Source: Geopsychrobacteraceae bacterium
Lineage (GTDB): Bacteria; Desulfobacterota; Desulfuromonadia; Desulfuromonadales; Geopsychrobacteraceae
Direction of reading: 5' to 3'
Assembly: GCA_963676795.2 (NCBI GenBank)
Contig: CAXXTB010000002.1
Coordinates: 160,001 to 224,000, forward strand
Length of the DNA stretch: 64,000 nt
This document shows, one piece after another, positions 18,906 through 29,719 of the stretch; position 1 is the first letter of the stretch, and every line of letters begins with the position of its first letter. Made by a program: the position numbers and the translations under genes. The notes beneath the pieces were generated by a model. That model did no database searches. It saw only the letters and a list, made by a program, of their open reading frames with translations, and was not told where the DNA came from.

Positions 18906-19144
18906 ACCTTGTCAACGGGAATCAGGTTTGTCGATTCGCTCTTTAAATCATGAACAATACGGATCTTTTTCTCTTTAAGCTGAGCCCTCAGCTGCGCGAT
19001 CTTATCGTCCAGGCTGCAGCCTGCCTGGTCCCAGTCCATGCCGTCACGGGTGACAAATTCTTCCAGCAGCGCCCGCAAGATTTCGGGGTCAAGCTGTTGG
19101 AATGGAATTTCAACCAGCTCTTCTGTCATGGTCTTTCCTGCCAT
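18902..19144 (-). CDS. YheU family (UPF0270) protein
   Basis: IPFQQLDPEILRALLEEFVTRDG.D motif. Confidence 0.85.
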   Translation of the reverse strand: MAGKTMTEELVEIPFQQLDPEILRALLEEFVTRDGMDWDQAGCSLDDKIAQLRAQLKEKKIRIVHDLKSESTNLIPVDKV

Positions 19145-19398
19145 TCGATCAGTTTTCTTTTCTCACGGGCAGATAACCTTTTCAGTTCCGCCTCTCGGCA
19201 GCTGGCTGAACTGCGGCTGTGATTGGATTCCAGAAATACGACGCGCAAGGGTTTGCGACCGCGAAAATATTTAGCCCCCTGGCCGGACTCATGCTGAACA
19301 AAACGTCTTTGCATGTCGGTCGTAATCCCGGTGTAGAGCGAATCATCGCTGCACAGAATCATGTACACCTGCCATGTCTTGTTTATCGGGGTATCCAT
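19126..19398 (-). CDS. GIY-YIG nuclease family protein (YhbQ/UPF0213-like)
   Basis: WQVYMILCSDDSLYTGITTD..RR..QH..G.GAKY. Confidence 0.92.
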   Translation of the reverse strand: MDTPINKTWQVYMILCSDDSLYTGITTDMQRRFVQHESGQGAKYFRGRKPLRVVFLESNHSRSSASCREAELKRLSAREKRKLIEWQERP

Positions 19399-19590
19399 AA
19401 GCAGAGCTTTTATAGCAGTTTTTATTCCTTCAAGAATAGTAGGATCTCTTTTTTTCAGAGTCGTTCTTTTCTTTTTTCTTCCAAATTTTTTTCACTTTTT
19501 TTGTGTAGCTTTATTCCCGTAGCTAATGTCCGTCCCGAATGTCCGGATGGCACGAAGCAAGTTTCTTCCATATCAGATACGGAGTAAGTC

Positions 19591-20148
19591 ATGAAAAGAA
19601 TGATCCTGACAGTCGTGTTTTTAACGCTGATGAGCTGCACACTATATGCAGCACCTGGGGCAGGGATGATAGCGGGCCCTGAAGGTTCTGGGCAAATGCC
19701 GTCACCTGCATTCCGGGCCGAAAAAGATCAGCCGCCGTGCGGTCCGAAAATGGCTGCTGCGCCCCTGCAGCTGAGTGAAGAACAGCTGCAGAAGTTTTGG
19801 GATATGACCGATAAAGAGCGCAAGCAACTCAGGGAACTGAACTATAAATCTGAGAATATTATGGACGATATCCATAAAATGGAACGCAGCGCCAAGATCG
19901 ATTTTGATGTCTATGAAAAGCTGGTCAAGCAGCTGATGTCGCTTGAAGCTGACAAGCTGGTTGTCAGGGCTAGAACCCATGCGGCTATCCGGACGATTCT
20001 CAGCGAGGAACAGCTTAAGTCTTTCCCTCCTTTTATTGGGATGCCGGAAGCCCTCGTTATGACGGGGCCTGATCACGGGCCACGGGGACCACAGGGACGC
20101 CCTGGTTCGCCCTGTGACATGGAGCCTAAGCCACATCTTCAAAACTGA
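19591..20148 (+). CDS. Spy/CpxP-like periplasmic protein
   Basis: Signal peptide; two LTxxQ-like motifs (LSEEQ); Pro/Gly/His-rich termini. Confidence 0.7.
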   Translation: MKRMILTVVFLTLMSCTLYAAPGAGMIAGPEGSGQMPSPAFRAEKDQPPCGPKMAAAPLQLSEEQLQKFWDMTDKERKQLRELNYKSENIMDDIHKMERSAKIDFDVYEKLVKQLMSLEADKLVVRARTHAAIRTILSEEQLKSFPPFIGMPEALVMTGPDHGPRGPQGRPGSPCDMEPKPHLQN

Positions 20149-20190
20149 ACCTGCTGTCCTGAATCAGGCAGCAGGTGTGATATGAACAGA

Positions 20191-20222
20191 CAAGGGGGGA
20201 GCCGTCAAGCTCCCCCCCTGTG
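20191..20222. terminator. Hairpin between convergent genes
   Basis: GGGGGGAGC/GCTCCCCCC inverted repeat. Confidence 0.6.
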
Positions 20223-20249
20223 TTTGTGACTTATGAGCTGCAGGGTTTT

Positions 20250-22496
20250 TTATTTACCCCACTCTCCCGGTGGCAATGCGGCCTGTTTCGACTGTCTTGG
20301 TGGTGCTGTCGCGACATTTACACTGCCGGTTTTGGCCAGGGTGAAACGGCGGAGCATCTCCTGCATCTGGGCTGCCTGGCCGGTCAGCTCTTCAGCTGCA
20401 GCGGCGCTTTCTTCGGCACTGGCAGTGTTCTTCTGGGCGACCTGGTCGATCAGTCCCAAACCGTTGGTGACTTCACTGATGCCCTGAGACTGATCGCTCG
20501 ATGCAGCAGCGATTTCCTGGAGCAGATCGGCGACCTTGGTCGTGCTGCTCATGATTTCATCCAGAGCCTTGGCCGTCTGTTCGGCCATCTTGACCCCCTG
20601 GTCGGTCAGTTCGACCGAGCCTTCAATCAGGGTCGCGGTTTCTTCAGCGGCCTTGGCGCTGCGGGCTGCCAGGTTACGGACCTCTTCGGCGACAACGGCG
20701 AAGCCTTTACCGTGCTGACCGGCGCGGGCGGCTTCGACTGCGGCGTTGAGGGCCAGCAGGTTGGTCTGGAAGGCGATTTCATCGATAACCTTGATGATCT
20801 TGCTGATGTTCTGACCGGCGTCGCTGATCTTGTCCATGGCGCCGACCATATCCTTCATTCGTAGGTTGCCCGTTTCGGCTGCGCTTTTCGATTCACCGGA
20901 AAGCTGGCTGGCCGTTCTGGCGTTTTCGGCGTTGGTCTTGACCTGATCGGCCATCTGATTCATCGAGGCGGACACTTCTTCCAGCGAACTGGCCGTTTCT
21001 GTCGCCCCCTGGGATAGATCCTGGCTGGCACTGGAGATCTCCTGGGCTCCGGACGCGATCTGCTCTCCGGCGACCTGGATATTGCCGACGATTTCACGCA
21101 GGTTGGTCAGCATGGTGCGCAGGGCATTACCGAGCTGATCACGTTCGGAGGCGACACTGACATCGCGGGTCAGATCGCCATGCGCAATGGCATCGGCAAC
21201 CTGCGCCGTGGCATCGAGGCCATCGGCCATTTTGTCAAGCGCCCGGGCCAGCACGCCGACCTCGTCGTGGGTGTTCATGTTAAGGCGCTTGCTGAAATCC
21301 CCCAGGCTGATGGTGTCGGCCAGGTCTGCCGCAGCCTTGACCGGACGGGCGATGCTGCGCGCCATGATGAACAGGATGATCAGGGCAACGATGATGACGA
21401 TGACGCCGACAACGATCTGCCAGGTCGCATTGCTGTTCCCCTGCGCCGTCAGCTCATCTCTCAGCTTGTAGGCGTCGGCCAGGATGACATCCTCATTGAC
21501 GCGGACCATGACCGACCAGTATTTACCGCTGTTGCCTAGGCGAATTGGCGCCATGGCCCGGAAATCACCGGTTTTCTCGTCCTTGATAACTGTATGTGCA
21601 CCTTTGCTGATGTTGCCGAGAATTTCGTCCCAGCCTTCTTTAATGCGCGAGCTGTAGCTTGTGCCGATCGTATCGGGATGTTCGCTGTGAGCGATAACCA
21701 GTCCCATATCGCTGAGGATGATGACAGCACCCTGGCCATCCAGCAGCCCCTTGTCGGCCTCTTCACTCAGTTTCTGAACAAAGGAAAGGTCATAATCGGC
21801 CCCGGCTACGCCGTAGAATTTATTATCGACCAGAATCGGCACCGACATGGTGGCCAAAAAGACCTGTTTGCCCTGAACGATATAGGGGAGCGGCCCGAGG
21901 ACGCTTTCTTTGCCGGTGTCGTGCGGAGCTATATACCAGCCGCCCTTGAGTACGCCGTTAGGGTGACGATCCATGGTGTCGTATTCAACCAGCGGCTGAA
22001 CGGCGATGTTGCCTCTGCTGTCGCGCGTCCAGTAAGGGGTGAAGCGGCCGGTGACTTTGTTGTTACCGTCTCTGTCGACCATGAATTCCGCGTCTCTGCC
22101 GTCGATGGCGTCCGGTTCCCAGCAGGAATAGGTACCGTTAAATGCCGGGTTGCCCTTGAGGACGTTAAGGAGAATGCCGTTGACCGCATCGCGGTCGATC
22201 AGCACATCGGTCTTGCCGTTGTTGTTGATTTTGCCGACCTCAAAGGTGTCGGCCATGGTCCGCGCCGCATCCAGGGCCAGGTTGACATCGGCCTGGATCA
22301 TGCCGGCCTGATCGCCGGACAGGTTCAGCAGGGAGTCTTTAGATACTGATTCCAGCTGGGACGAGACGTTGGCGATGGTCATATCCTGGGTGGCGCTTGC
22401 CGAGTAGAGCCCGTAGATGACCAGGATCGCCGCGGTGATGAACAGGCAGAGCCCTGCCAGCAGGGTGATTTTCAGTTGAATGGATTTAATCTTCAT
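20250..22496 (-). CDS. Methyl-accepting chemotaxis protein with dCache-type sensor domain
   Basis: TM, large periplasmic domain ([14 protein letters not shown]), TM, HAMP and signalling hairpin; start after AAAGGAAG. Confidence 0.95.
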   Translation of the reverse strand: MKIKSIQLKITLLAGLCLFITAAILVIYGLYSASATQDMTIANVSSQLESVSKDSLLNLSGDQAGMIQADVNLALDAARTMADTFEVGKINNNGKTDVLIDRDAVNGILLNVLKGNPAFNGTYSCWEPDAIDGRDAEFMVDRDGNNKVTGRFTPYWTRDSRGNIAVQPLVEYDTMDRHPNGVLKGGWYIAPHDTGKESVLGPLPYIVQGKQVFLATMSVPILVDNKFYGVAGADYDLSFVQKLSEEADKGLLDGQGAVIILSDMGLVIAHSEHPDTIGTSYSSRIKEGWDEILGNISKGAHTVIKDEKTGDFRAMAPIRLGNSGKYWSVMVRVNEDVILADAYKLRDELTAQGNSNATWQIVVGVIVIIVALIILFIMARSIARPVKAAADLADTISLGDFSKRLNMNTHDEVGVLARALDKMADGLDATAQVADAIAHGDLTRDVSVASERDQLGNALRTMLTNLREIVGNIQVAGEQIASGAQEISSASQDLSQGATETASSLEEVSASMNQMADQVKTNAENARTASQLSGESKSAAETGNLRMKDMVGAMDKISDAGQNISKIIKVIDEIAFQTNLLALNAAVEAARAGQHGKGFAVVAEEVRNLAARSAKAAEETATLIEGSVELTDQGVKMAEQTAKALDEIMSSTTKVADLLQEIAAASSDQSQGISEVTNGLGLIDQVAQKNTASAEESAAAAEELTGQAAQMQEMLRRFTLAKTGSVNVATAPPRQSKQAALPPGEWGK

Positions 22497-22730
22497 GACT
22501 CTTCCTTTCATCATTGAAAGTGACTGTTGAGGCATAATATTAAAACATTCACATTTTTCGATCTTATTCTTTGTGAGGTCGGCACACAATAGTTTTTTTG
22601 AATTTTAGCCGTTTTTCAGGAAGTTTTCGTTTTTTTCTGCACAATGAGGAATTTTTCCCCCAGCTTTGCCGGGAGGGGGCTAGAGCATTTAATCTGAGAG
22701 GAGTTCAAGCATAATCAGGGTTTTGTCTTG

Positions 22731-23915
22731 TTATGCTGTTTGAGCTGCCCTTCGTTCACCGGCGTTTTTAGCCATGCCCCAGAACAGGGCGATTCCCCCC
22801 ATAAAGATAAAAAGCAGCGCCGCGACAATAAAGGCATAGCGGTTCATGTCGGAGCCGATCATCTGGGCCAGCGCAGAGATGACATAGGGATTGATAAAGG
22901 ACCCCAGGTTCTGGCCCATGATCACGATCGACATGGCCAGAGGAACAGCTGCGGGGCTGACCGACAGGGAGGTCCCCATCATGATGCTGGCGAAGACGAT
23001 GGTGACCGTTCCGCCATAGAGAAAGCTGCCGCAATAGAGGATGGGCAGATTGGGTGACAAGGCGATGATGAGAAAGGAGACTGTGCCCAGAAACAGGCCG
23101 ACGCTCAACGAGAGATGACCCACCAGCCGGACCAGTTTGCCGTAGAGAAATCCGGTAACGACACCACCGATGGCAAAGACCATTGTTGCCTGGCCGGCCT
23201 GGGCGGCGCTGCCGAGTTGGTGATCAGTCACGAAGAAGGCCAGAAAGTTTGCCAGGGTCATGGCGCCGATGAAAAAGATCAGGGTGGTGACTGTCCAGCC
23301 CAGAGCTGCGGGAGTGAGTTTCGGCTTGTTCGCGCCTGCTGTGTGACATGATACGCGAACGGGTGGTTTCTTGGGTAAGAAAAGCGCAACACAGATCAGG
23401 GAGATCAGGGCCACAGCGTGGACGTAGAAGGTGATATTCCAGTCGATAACAGCCAGATAGCCGCTGGTAAAGAACATGAAGGCGCAACCGAGCATCTGTG
23501 CCGAAGAGAGCTGGCCCATGACCCTGGTCCGCTCATCTCCAGCAAAATATTCGGCAACAAGGGCCGAAGAGAGGACCTGGGTTATAGCCACGCCGACACC
23601 GAGGACGGCTCTGCAGGCGAGGATCAGCTTAAACGAATCGAGAAAGGCAGGCGCCATGCCGCCAAGCAAAAAGCAGACGATGCCGAACAGGACCAGGTTT
23701 TTCTTGGCTACGAATTCGTCAAGCTTGCCGATCAGCGGATTGACGAAGATGATGACGATGCAGGGCAGGGTGATCAGCAACTGGATGGAGGTCTGACTGA
23801 CGTCGCTGAAGTGTTTGGCGATTTCAGCAAGACCGCTGGCTATTCCGACAACTCCCATCAGGAGGATGCCGATACTGAGAATGGCGATACGGACACTGCT
23901 ATCTGTCTGGTTCAT
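22731..23915 (-). CDS. MFS transporter
   Basis: About 12 hydrophobic segments; motif A-like GKLDEFVAKK; R.VLGVG motif. Confidence 0.88.
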   Translation of the reverse strand: MNQTDSSVRIAILSIGILLMGVVGIASGLAEIAKHFSDVSQTSIQLLITLPCIVIIFVNPLIGKLDEFVAKKNLVLFGIVCFLLGGMAPAFLDSFKLILACRAVLGVGVAITQVLSSALVAEYFAGDERTRVMGQLSSAQMLGCAFMFFTSGYLAVIDWNITFYVHAVALISLICVALFLPKKPPVRVSCHTAGANKPKLTPAALGWTVTTLIFFIGAMTLANFLAFFVTDHQLGSAAQAGQATMVFAIGGVVTGFLYGKLVRLVGHLSLSVGLFLGTVSFLIIALSPNLPILYCGSFLYGGTVTIVFASIMMGTSLSVSPAAVPLAMSIVIMGQNLGSFINPYVISALAQMIGSDMNRYAFIVAALLFIFMGGIALFWGMAKNAGERRAAQTA

Positions 23916-24112
23916 GAGTTTACCGAATAAAAGTCGAGGTATAAATAATGGCTAGTCATATAGACGACTATAATACATGGAGCGGCGGAAATTTCGACAG
24001 TTAATTTATTCAACCGAAAAAAAAGAATTGATCGGCAGATTTTCTGCCAGTTGCAGCCCATGTTCAGGACAGTTATTTGATAGCGGGAATGATGGCTGTA
24101 TGACCAGCTGGC

Positions 24113-25795
24113 TCAGTTCTTCAAGCTGACGACCGGCTCAAGTCTCACTCGTGCAGCATAATAGGCCAGGCCATCGACTGCGTCGGTAAGCCGCGCAGGG
24201 ATGGCGTTGTTGGCCTGTCCCTGTTTCATCGGGACGTTTTTCCAGCACATCAGGGTGCCCGGGGCTATATCCGTCGTTATGACGGCCTCGGCGACGAAGC
24301 TCCCGGTCGGTCCGGCTATCCGGACCTCATCCCCCTGCTGCAGGGCAAGGTTCCGGGCATCTTCGGGGTGGATGTGGACCGTCTGGAGCCCCTCTTCCAT
24401 CCCCGGCAGGATCTGGGAGTTCAGGTAGCTCATATGCGATGAAGTCAGCAGCTGAAATCCTGCGGCCTGGTCCGGAGCATCCAGGTCCAGTTGCCTGGTC
24501 CAGTAGTGTCGTTCAGGAAGTTCGATCCGTTTTAGCTGTGCCTGTGGCTTCAGCGAAAAGTTCAACTTCAGGCTGTCTGCCAGGAGGGTCGCGGCCGCAA
24601 GATCAGACAACTCATCTGTCAACCGTTCTCTCTGGAGATGATGCGGGAAGAAATAGCTGCCCATGAAATCGTCCTGGGCGAACATGCCGCCGACCTTGAG
24701 AAAGAAGTCGGCATGGCGGCTGGTTTCGTCAATTCCGGTGCCGATCACCAGGCTCGGCGTGGTTGTCAGGGCCTGCCGCCAGAGGTTGGAATCGGGAAAG
24801 GTCATGGCCGGGTTGGCGGCCACGCAGACGAACAGGTCGAAGTCGCCGTTGACCAACGCTGCAGCGATACGGTCGATATGGACATAACCGGCAAACGACG
24901 CTTGCGGCTTTTCCCACAGCCGTTTCGACCCGTGGGTCCAGAACAGCAGGTCCTGGCTGCCGGTCTTGACCGCCAGGCGGTTGATCCAGCGAAAGGCGTT
25001 CATGCCGTTTTGCTGGCGTTGCAGACCGGATCCCTGGATGTGGGCCACCCTGCTGTTTTTCAGGAGGGCCAGCAGCAGGTCAAAGTCTTCTCTGCTGATA
25101 CCGCACTGGCTGATCAGCCGGTCCGGGTCATAGCCGTCCTCAAGCCCCAGGGCGCAGAGCAGGGCGCAGGCGAGCAGGCCGTCGCAGCCGGGTCTGATCT
25201 GGAGGTAATGGTCGGCCAGTTCGGCCGTTGGTGCCCGGAACGGATCGATGTAGATCAGCTGCTTACCCTGTTTTTTGAGCTGCTTGAGGTAGGTGTAAAG
25301 GTGCGGGCTGGTCGCTTTGGCGTTTTTTCCGTAGACCATGATCGCTTCCGACTTTTCCAGCTCATTGACATCCGGATTGACGACAACGCCAAAATCGGCC
25401 TGGTGGGCGGCACTGCCGGTGTCGTCACAGGGCCCTCCGCTGGTTGCCTGGCAGTTGGGAAATGCCGAGAAGAACAGGTCCCAGCAGGCCATGTTGTAGC
25501 CCAGACTGCCCGAACCGCGCAGGTAGAGGATCTTCTTGTCCCGATAAGTGGCCAGATTCTCTGTCAGCGCATGCAGAGCTTCGCCACTGTTGGCAAATGT
25601 CTCCTTCGCTCCATTGTTCAATCGCCAGGACGGTTCACCATTGTTGACCTCACGTTCGATGAATGTCCGGAATTTTTGGCAGACAAAGCCGGGAGACGAC
25701 CAGTCCTGGGCCTGCCCCTGGTAGTTGTAAGGGGAGATCGATGTGAAACTGACACCACAGAGGTCGGGGCAATCTTTGCTGCAGAAGAAATTCAT
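24113..25795 (-). CDS. Molybdopterin-dependent oxidoreductase
   Basis: N-terminal CSKDCPDLC...C Fe-S motif; IDP.R.PTA.LAD; C-terminal MGD-binding HPEDA..L...GDEV. Confidence 0.85.
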   Translation of the reverse strand: MNFFCSKDCPDLCGVSFTSISPYNYQGQAQDWSSPGFVCQKFRTFIEREVNNGEPSWRLNNGAKETFANSGEALHALTENLATYRDKKILYLRGSGSLGYNMACWDLFFSAFPNCQATSGGPCDDTGSAAHQADFGVVVNPDVNELEKSEAIMVYGKNAKATSPHLYTYLKQLKKQGKQLIYIDPFRAPTAELADHYLQIRPGCDGLLACALLCALGLEDGYDPDRLISQCGISREDFDLLLALLKNSRVAHIQGSGLQRQQNGMNAFRWINRLAVKTGSQDLLFWTHGSKRLWEKPQASFAGYVHIDRIAAALVNGDFDLFVCVAANPAMTFPDSNLWRQALTTTPSLVIGTGIDETSRHADFFLKVGGMFAQDDFMGSYFFPHHLQRERLTDELSDLAAATLLADSLKLNFSLKPQAQLKRIELPERHYWTRQLDLDAPDQAAGFQLLTSSHMSYLNSQILPGMEEGLQTVHIHPEDARNLALQQGDEVRIAGPTGSFVAEAVITTDIAPGTLMCWKNVPMKQGQANNAIPARLTDAVDGLAYYAARVRLEPVVSLKN

Positions 25796-25842
25796 CTTTC
25801 ATCCTGTCAATTCAAGTCGTCGGAACGAGCTGTCGCGCAGTT

Positions 25843-25967
25843 GTCAAAATCCTGTCATCTCGCTTTGATAGCGTCCCATTCTAACCTGAATAGACTTCCC
25901 TGTCTCGTGAAAGACCAGGAAAATCAATCTGTTAAATTTGATTTAATGTTTTGGCGCGATTCTCGCT
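25843..25967 (+). promoter_or_regulatory. Sigma54 promoter with IHF site and candidate enhancer for the flagellar operon
   Basis: TGGCGCGATTCTCGCT (GG 25953-4, GC 25965-6); exact IHF consensus AATCAAtctgTTA (25922-25934); GTCAAAATCCTGTC about 110 bp upstream. Confidence 0.7.
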
Positions 25968-26008
25968 AGGAAGATATCCGGATTGTTGTGCTAACCCTGG
26001 AGGGCTTG

Positions 26009-28411
26009 ATGAAACAACCTCTTGTCTCGATAAAATGGTTTGGCTGGTCGCTGCTGTTGATCCTGCTGTTCGCCAGTATGGTTGTGCCGGTTCAGGCGGA
26101 CCAGGCGCTGACTGCGATGAGCAAGGATGAATCTCCCCATCAGACCAAACTGATCCTCAAGCTGACGGAGATGCCGGCTTTTGAGTTGCGACACTCCGGT
26201 CAGCGGGTCGATCTGGAAATTCAAAACGCTGGTGTCGCACCGAGCCTGCACAGTCTTCCGGAAGATCAGAGCATCGTCAAAGTGATGCTGGCGAAGAAGC
26301 ATGATGCGCTACTGATCTCTTATCTGTTACGCCGCCTGCCGCAACAGGTTGTGGCAGAATCGAAGGACAACCCGCCGCGCATTGAACTGAATATCTACTG
26401 GGAGCAGGGGAGTGAGGGGGCCCGCCCCGGTGTCGCTTTCAGAATTGCCGACCTGCCGCCCCGCAAAGCCGGACCGGGGGTGGCCAAGTCGCTGCTGCGC
26501 TCCCCCTGGGAGGATGACTGGCTGGCCTTTTTCGAGGAGTACCGCAGCCTCTGGACGCTGGATCTGCCCCTGACCTATACACTGCCCAGCCTGCCGCAGC
26601 TGATCAGCGATGAGCAGAGCGTACTCTGGCCGTTACAGGACTTTGCCAACCGGGGGATGTTCCTCAGCCTGTTGCAGGAAGCGACCGCGCTGAGCGACCT
26701 GGCGGAAGAAGAACTCTATCTGCGTGATGTCATTGTCGCCGAGGCCCAGTTGCGCACCGATGCTCTCGAGGCGGCAACGGCCAGGCTCGATGCGTTGCGA
26801 GATCTGGGAGGTTCCCAACAGGCCCGTGTCGAATATTTGACAGCCTACGCACAGGGAGTTGCCGGTCAGCCGCTCGTCGCTCAATTGACACTCGGTGGCC
26901 GGCTCCCCCAGCTCGCGGAACAGGATCCTTTCCTGCCGCTCTATCAGCTGCTTTACGCGGAAACCTCTCTGGACTCAAAGCAGGACAAGGAGGCTCTCGG
27001 GCACCTCGGTAGCGGCATCAACTGGCCGGACAGCCTGTTGTCGATTGTCGACCTGCGCCGCGCCGATGCCCTCGCCGGGCTCGGTGACATGCAGGCAGCC
27101 TCGGAGATCTATACCGATCTGGCGGAAGAACCGGGCCTCTTTGAGCATTATCTGTTTTCCTTCAACCGTGCTGCCTTCAATGCCTTCAAGCTGCAAAACT
27201 ACGAATTTTCCTACCACCTTTACCGCCAACTCGCTGACCTGGCTCTGGAGCTGCCGGGAAGCGATCTGGTTCTCTATGCTTCGGGGGCGGCGGCCCTTGA
27301 ATCGGGAGATCTCGGCTGGGGGCTGGTCGGCTTGCAGCGGGCGACCCTCGATCGACCCGGAAGTGAAGGTGGCGACCGGGCCGAACTGTTGATGATCGAT
27401 CTGAAGGTCAACAACGATGGGGACATGGCCCTGCTCGATGCGGCCGATGCCTATGGCGACCTGGCCCGCCGCTCGAATTCGCGTGCTGTGCGCGAAGAGG
27501 CCTATTTCAAACAGGCACTGGCCCATTACCTTCTGGGTGAAAATGTCCAGAGTGTCGATGAGCTGATGACCTTTAACCGCGATTTCCGCAGCTCTGCACT
27601 GCGCCGAGAAGCGGAGCTGCTGCTGGCAAAACAGTTGCCCGGTCTGATCCGCAGTCTGATCGATGAGCAGGACGATCTGAAAGCGGTGGTTCTGGTCGAA
27701 CAGAATCGCAAGCTGTTGCTCAACGACAAGCTGGGCCGGGACTTCCTTAACGATGTTGCCAAGGCTTTTGACCGCCTTGGGCTCTACGAGCGTGCCACCA
27801 AGGTGCTGCTCTATCTCTTCGATCAGAGCAGAGGTAGAGCCGAGCGCGAGGATCTCTATCTGCCTCTTGCCGAATCCTACCAGAAACAGGGGGAGTACGC
27901 GCGGGCCAGTGAGTATTCGGAAAACTATCTGAAGCGTTACCCGAAGGGAGATGACGCCGGCCCCCATTACCAGATTCTGCTCGACAGTCTGGCCCGCCAG
28001 GAGCGCAATCAGGAGCTGCTTGAATGGCTGCGCAAAGGCGATCGCCCGACATCCGTCGACCTGGAGAAGCGTGCTGCCCAGGCTTACTGGGACCAGGGCG
28101 ATTACCTGGCGGTTATCGACAGTCTGAACAAGGTCATGCAGATGGGGGGCGACCTGCAAGTCAAAGAAATGGCACAGCTGGCCGAAGCCAGCTATCAGAT
28201 CGGTCAGCTGAGCGCTGCCGACAGCTATTATCGGGCCCTTTTTGAAGATCCTGAATTTTCCTCCCAGGCTCGTTATCGGGTCGCGCAAATAGGCTTGAAA
28301 TCTGGAGATAAGGCCGAATCACTCAAGCTGTTGGAGAACCTGGTCGAAAAAGACGGAGTGAGCGGCTGGGGGAAATTGGCCCGGGATTTGCTCTTGGTAG
28401 AAAACAGGTAA
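26009..28411 (+). CDS. Large exported TPR-repeat protein heading the flagellar operon
   Basis: Signal peptide, N-terminal beta-rich (AMIN-like) region, then TPR-like helical repeats. Confidence 0.75.
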   Translation: MKQPLVSIKWFGWSLLLILLFASMVVPVQADQALTAMSKDESPHQTKLILKLTEMPAFELRHSGQRVDLEIQNAGVAPSLHSLPEDQSIVKVMLAKKHDALLISYLLRRLPQQVVAESKDNPPRIELNIYWEQGSEGARPGVAFRIADLPPRKAGPGVAKSLLRSPWEDDWLAFFEEYRSLWTLDLPLTYTLPSLPQLISDEQSVLWPLQDFANRGMFLSLLQEATALSDLAEEELYLRDVIVAEAQLRTDALEAATARLDALRDLGGSQQARVEYLTAYAQGVAGQPLVAQLTLGGRLPQLAEQDPFLPLYQLLYAETSLDSKQDKEALGHLGSGINWPDSLLSIVDLRRADALAGLGDMQAASEIYTDLAEEPGLFEHYLFSFNRAAFNAFKLQNYEFSYHLYRQLADLALELPGSDLVLYASGAAALESGDLGWGLVGLQRATLDRPGSEGGDRAELLMIDLKVNNDGDMALLDAADAYGDLARRSNSRAVREEAYFKQALAHYLLGENVQSVDELMTFNRDFRSSALRREAELLLAKQLPGLIRSLIDEQDDLKAVVLVEQNRKLLLNDKLGRDFLNDVAKAFDRLGLYERATKVLLYLFDQSRGRAEREDLYLPLAESYQKQGEYARASEYSENYLKRYPKGDDAGPHYQILLDSLARQERNQELLEWLRKGDRPTSVDLEKRAAQAYWDQGDYLAVIDSLNKVMQMGGDLQVKEMAQLAEASYQIGQLSAADSYYRALFEDPEFSSQARYRVAQIGLKSGDKAESLKLLENLVEKDGVSGWGKLARDLLLVENR

Positions 28412-28449
28412 TTTGACTCGCCAACAGTAGCGACAGGCAGGAGAGACAC

Positions 28450-28863
28450 ATGGCAGATTTTATACTCACCGACCGGACCTTTTCGGTTCTGCAGAAGAGC
28501 CTGGATCTTCGTGCTCAGAATCAGGAAGTCATCGCGTCCAACATCGCCAATGCTGAGACTCCGGGGTACAGCGCGCGCAAAATGCACTTTGAAGAGAATC
28601 TGCGCAAAGCGATCGAGACACCGCAACTGGACAGCCGTCAGACAAACTCCAAGCACTTCCCGATCGGCGGCAGCAGCATTCAGGCGGTTCAGGGCACTAT
28701 TGAAAAGGAACTGGAAGCCAGCCCTCTGGGGGACGGCAACAACGTCTCGATGGATGAGGAAATGTTCGATCTGGCAGAAAACCAGCTGCTCTACGAGGCC
28801 GGTGCGCAGATTCTCAAGAAGAAGCTGACCCTGCTAAAGTATGCGGCCAATAACGGCGGCTAG
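28450..28863 (+). CDS. flgB: Flagellar basal-body rod protein FlgB
   Basis: IASNIANAETPGY; DGNNVSMD. Confidence 0.96.
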   Translation: MADFILTDRTFSVLQKSLDLRAQNQEVIASNIANAETPGYSARKMHFEENLRKAIETPQLDSRQTNSKHFPIGGSSIQAVQGTIEKELEASPLGDGNNVSMDEEMFDLAENQLLYEAGAQILKKKLTLLKYAANNGG

Positions 28864-28871
28864 GAGGTTCT

Positions 28872-29303
28872 ATGGATATCTTTACCAGTATGAAAATCAG
28901 CGCTTCGGCGCTAAAGGCCCAGCGGATCCGGATGAATGCGATCAGCTCCAACCTGGCCAATATCGAGACAACCCGGACGCCGGACGGTGGCCCGTACCGC
29001 AAGCGTGAGGTTGTCTTTACCTCAACCCAGCAGGGGTTTGCCGAACAGCTCGACAGCCAGATGAGTGATGCCGTGCAGGGGGTCAAGGTAGCTAACGTCC
29101 AGGCCAGCAGCCTGCCGCCGCGCATCGTTTACGACCCGACCCATCCGGATGCCAATGAAAACGGCGAGGTCGCGATGCCCAATATCAGCCTGGTCGAAGA
29201 GACGGCCGATATGATGTCGGCATCACGCGCCTACGAAGCGAACGTCACGGTTGTTAAGTCGGCCAAGCGCATGGCGCTCAAGGCCCTCGAGATCGGCAAG
29301 TAG
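28872..29303 (+). CDS. flgC: Flagellar basal-body rod protein FlgC
   Basis: SSNLAN, GPYRKR, YDPTHPDAN, ASRAYEAN. Confidence 0.97.
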   Translation: MDIFTSMKISASALKAQRIRMNAISSNLANIETTRTPDGGPYRKREVVFTSTQQGFAEQLDSQMSDAVQGVKVANVQASSLPPRIVYDPTHPDANENGEVAMPNISLVEETADMMSASRAYEANVTVVKSAKRMALKALEIGK

Positions 29304-29315
29304 AAGGAGTAGTTC

Positions 29316-29618
29316 ATGAACAGTATCGCTGACATTACCATGAAGGCTCACCTCCAGGGAATGAGCCAGGTCAAGACCAGCCCGATCCAGCAAAGCGCCG
29401 ACAAATTCGGCGCAGCCCTGCTGAAATCGATCTCCGAGGTGAACCAGTCGCAGATCAATGCGGACAAGGCCGCCGAGCAGATCGCCGCCGGTGATACCAA
29501 GAACCTGCACGAAGCGATGATCAAGCTCGAAGAAGCGGATATCTCACTGCGCCTGATGGTGCAGGTTAGAAATAAAGCTGTCGAGGCGTACCAAGAGATT
29601 ATGAGAATGCAAGTTTGA
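29316..29618 (+). CDS. fliE: Hook-basal body protein FliE
   Basis: QVRNKAVEAYQEIMRMQV. Confidence 0.96.
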   Translation: MNSIADITMKAHLQGMSQVKTSPIQQSADKFGAALLKSISEVNQSQINADKAAEQIAAGDTKNLHEAMIKLEEADISLRLMVQVRNKAVEAYQEIMRMQV

Positions 29619-29719
29619 TGGAGACACCTTAGGTTCCACCATCAAAGTTATTGCAAAATTGGTTGAAGCACGAATCAGATTGACCCAGGGCAGAGCCAGA
29701 TAATCGGAGGATGTGACCG

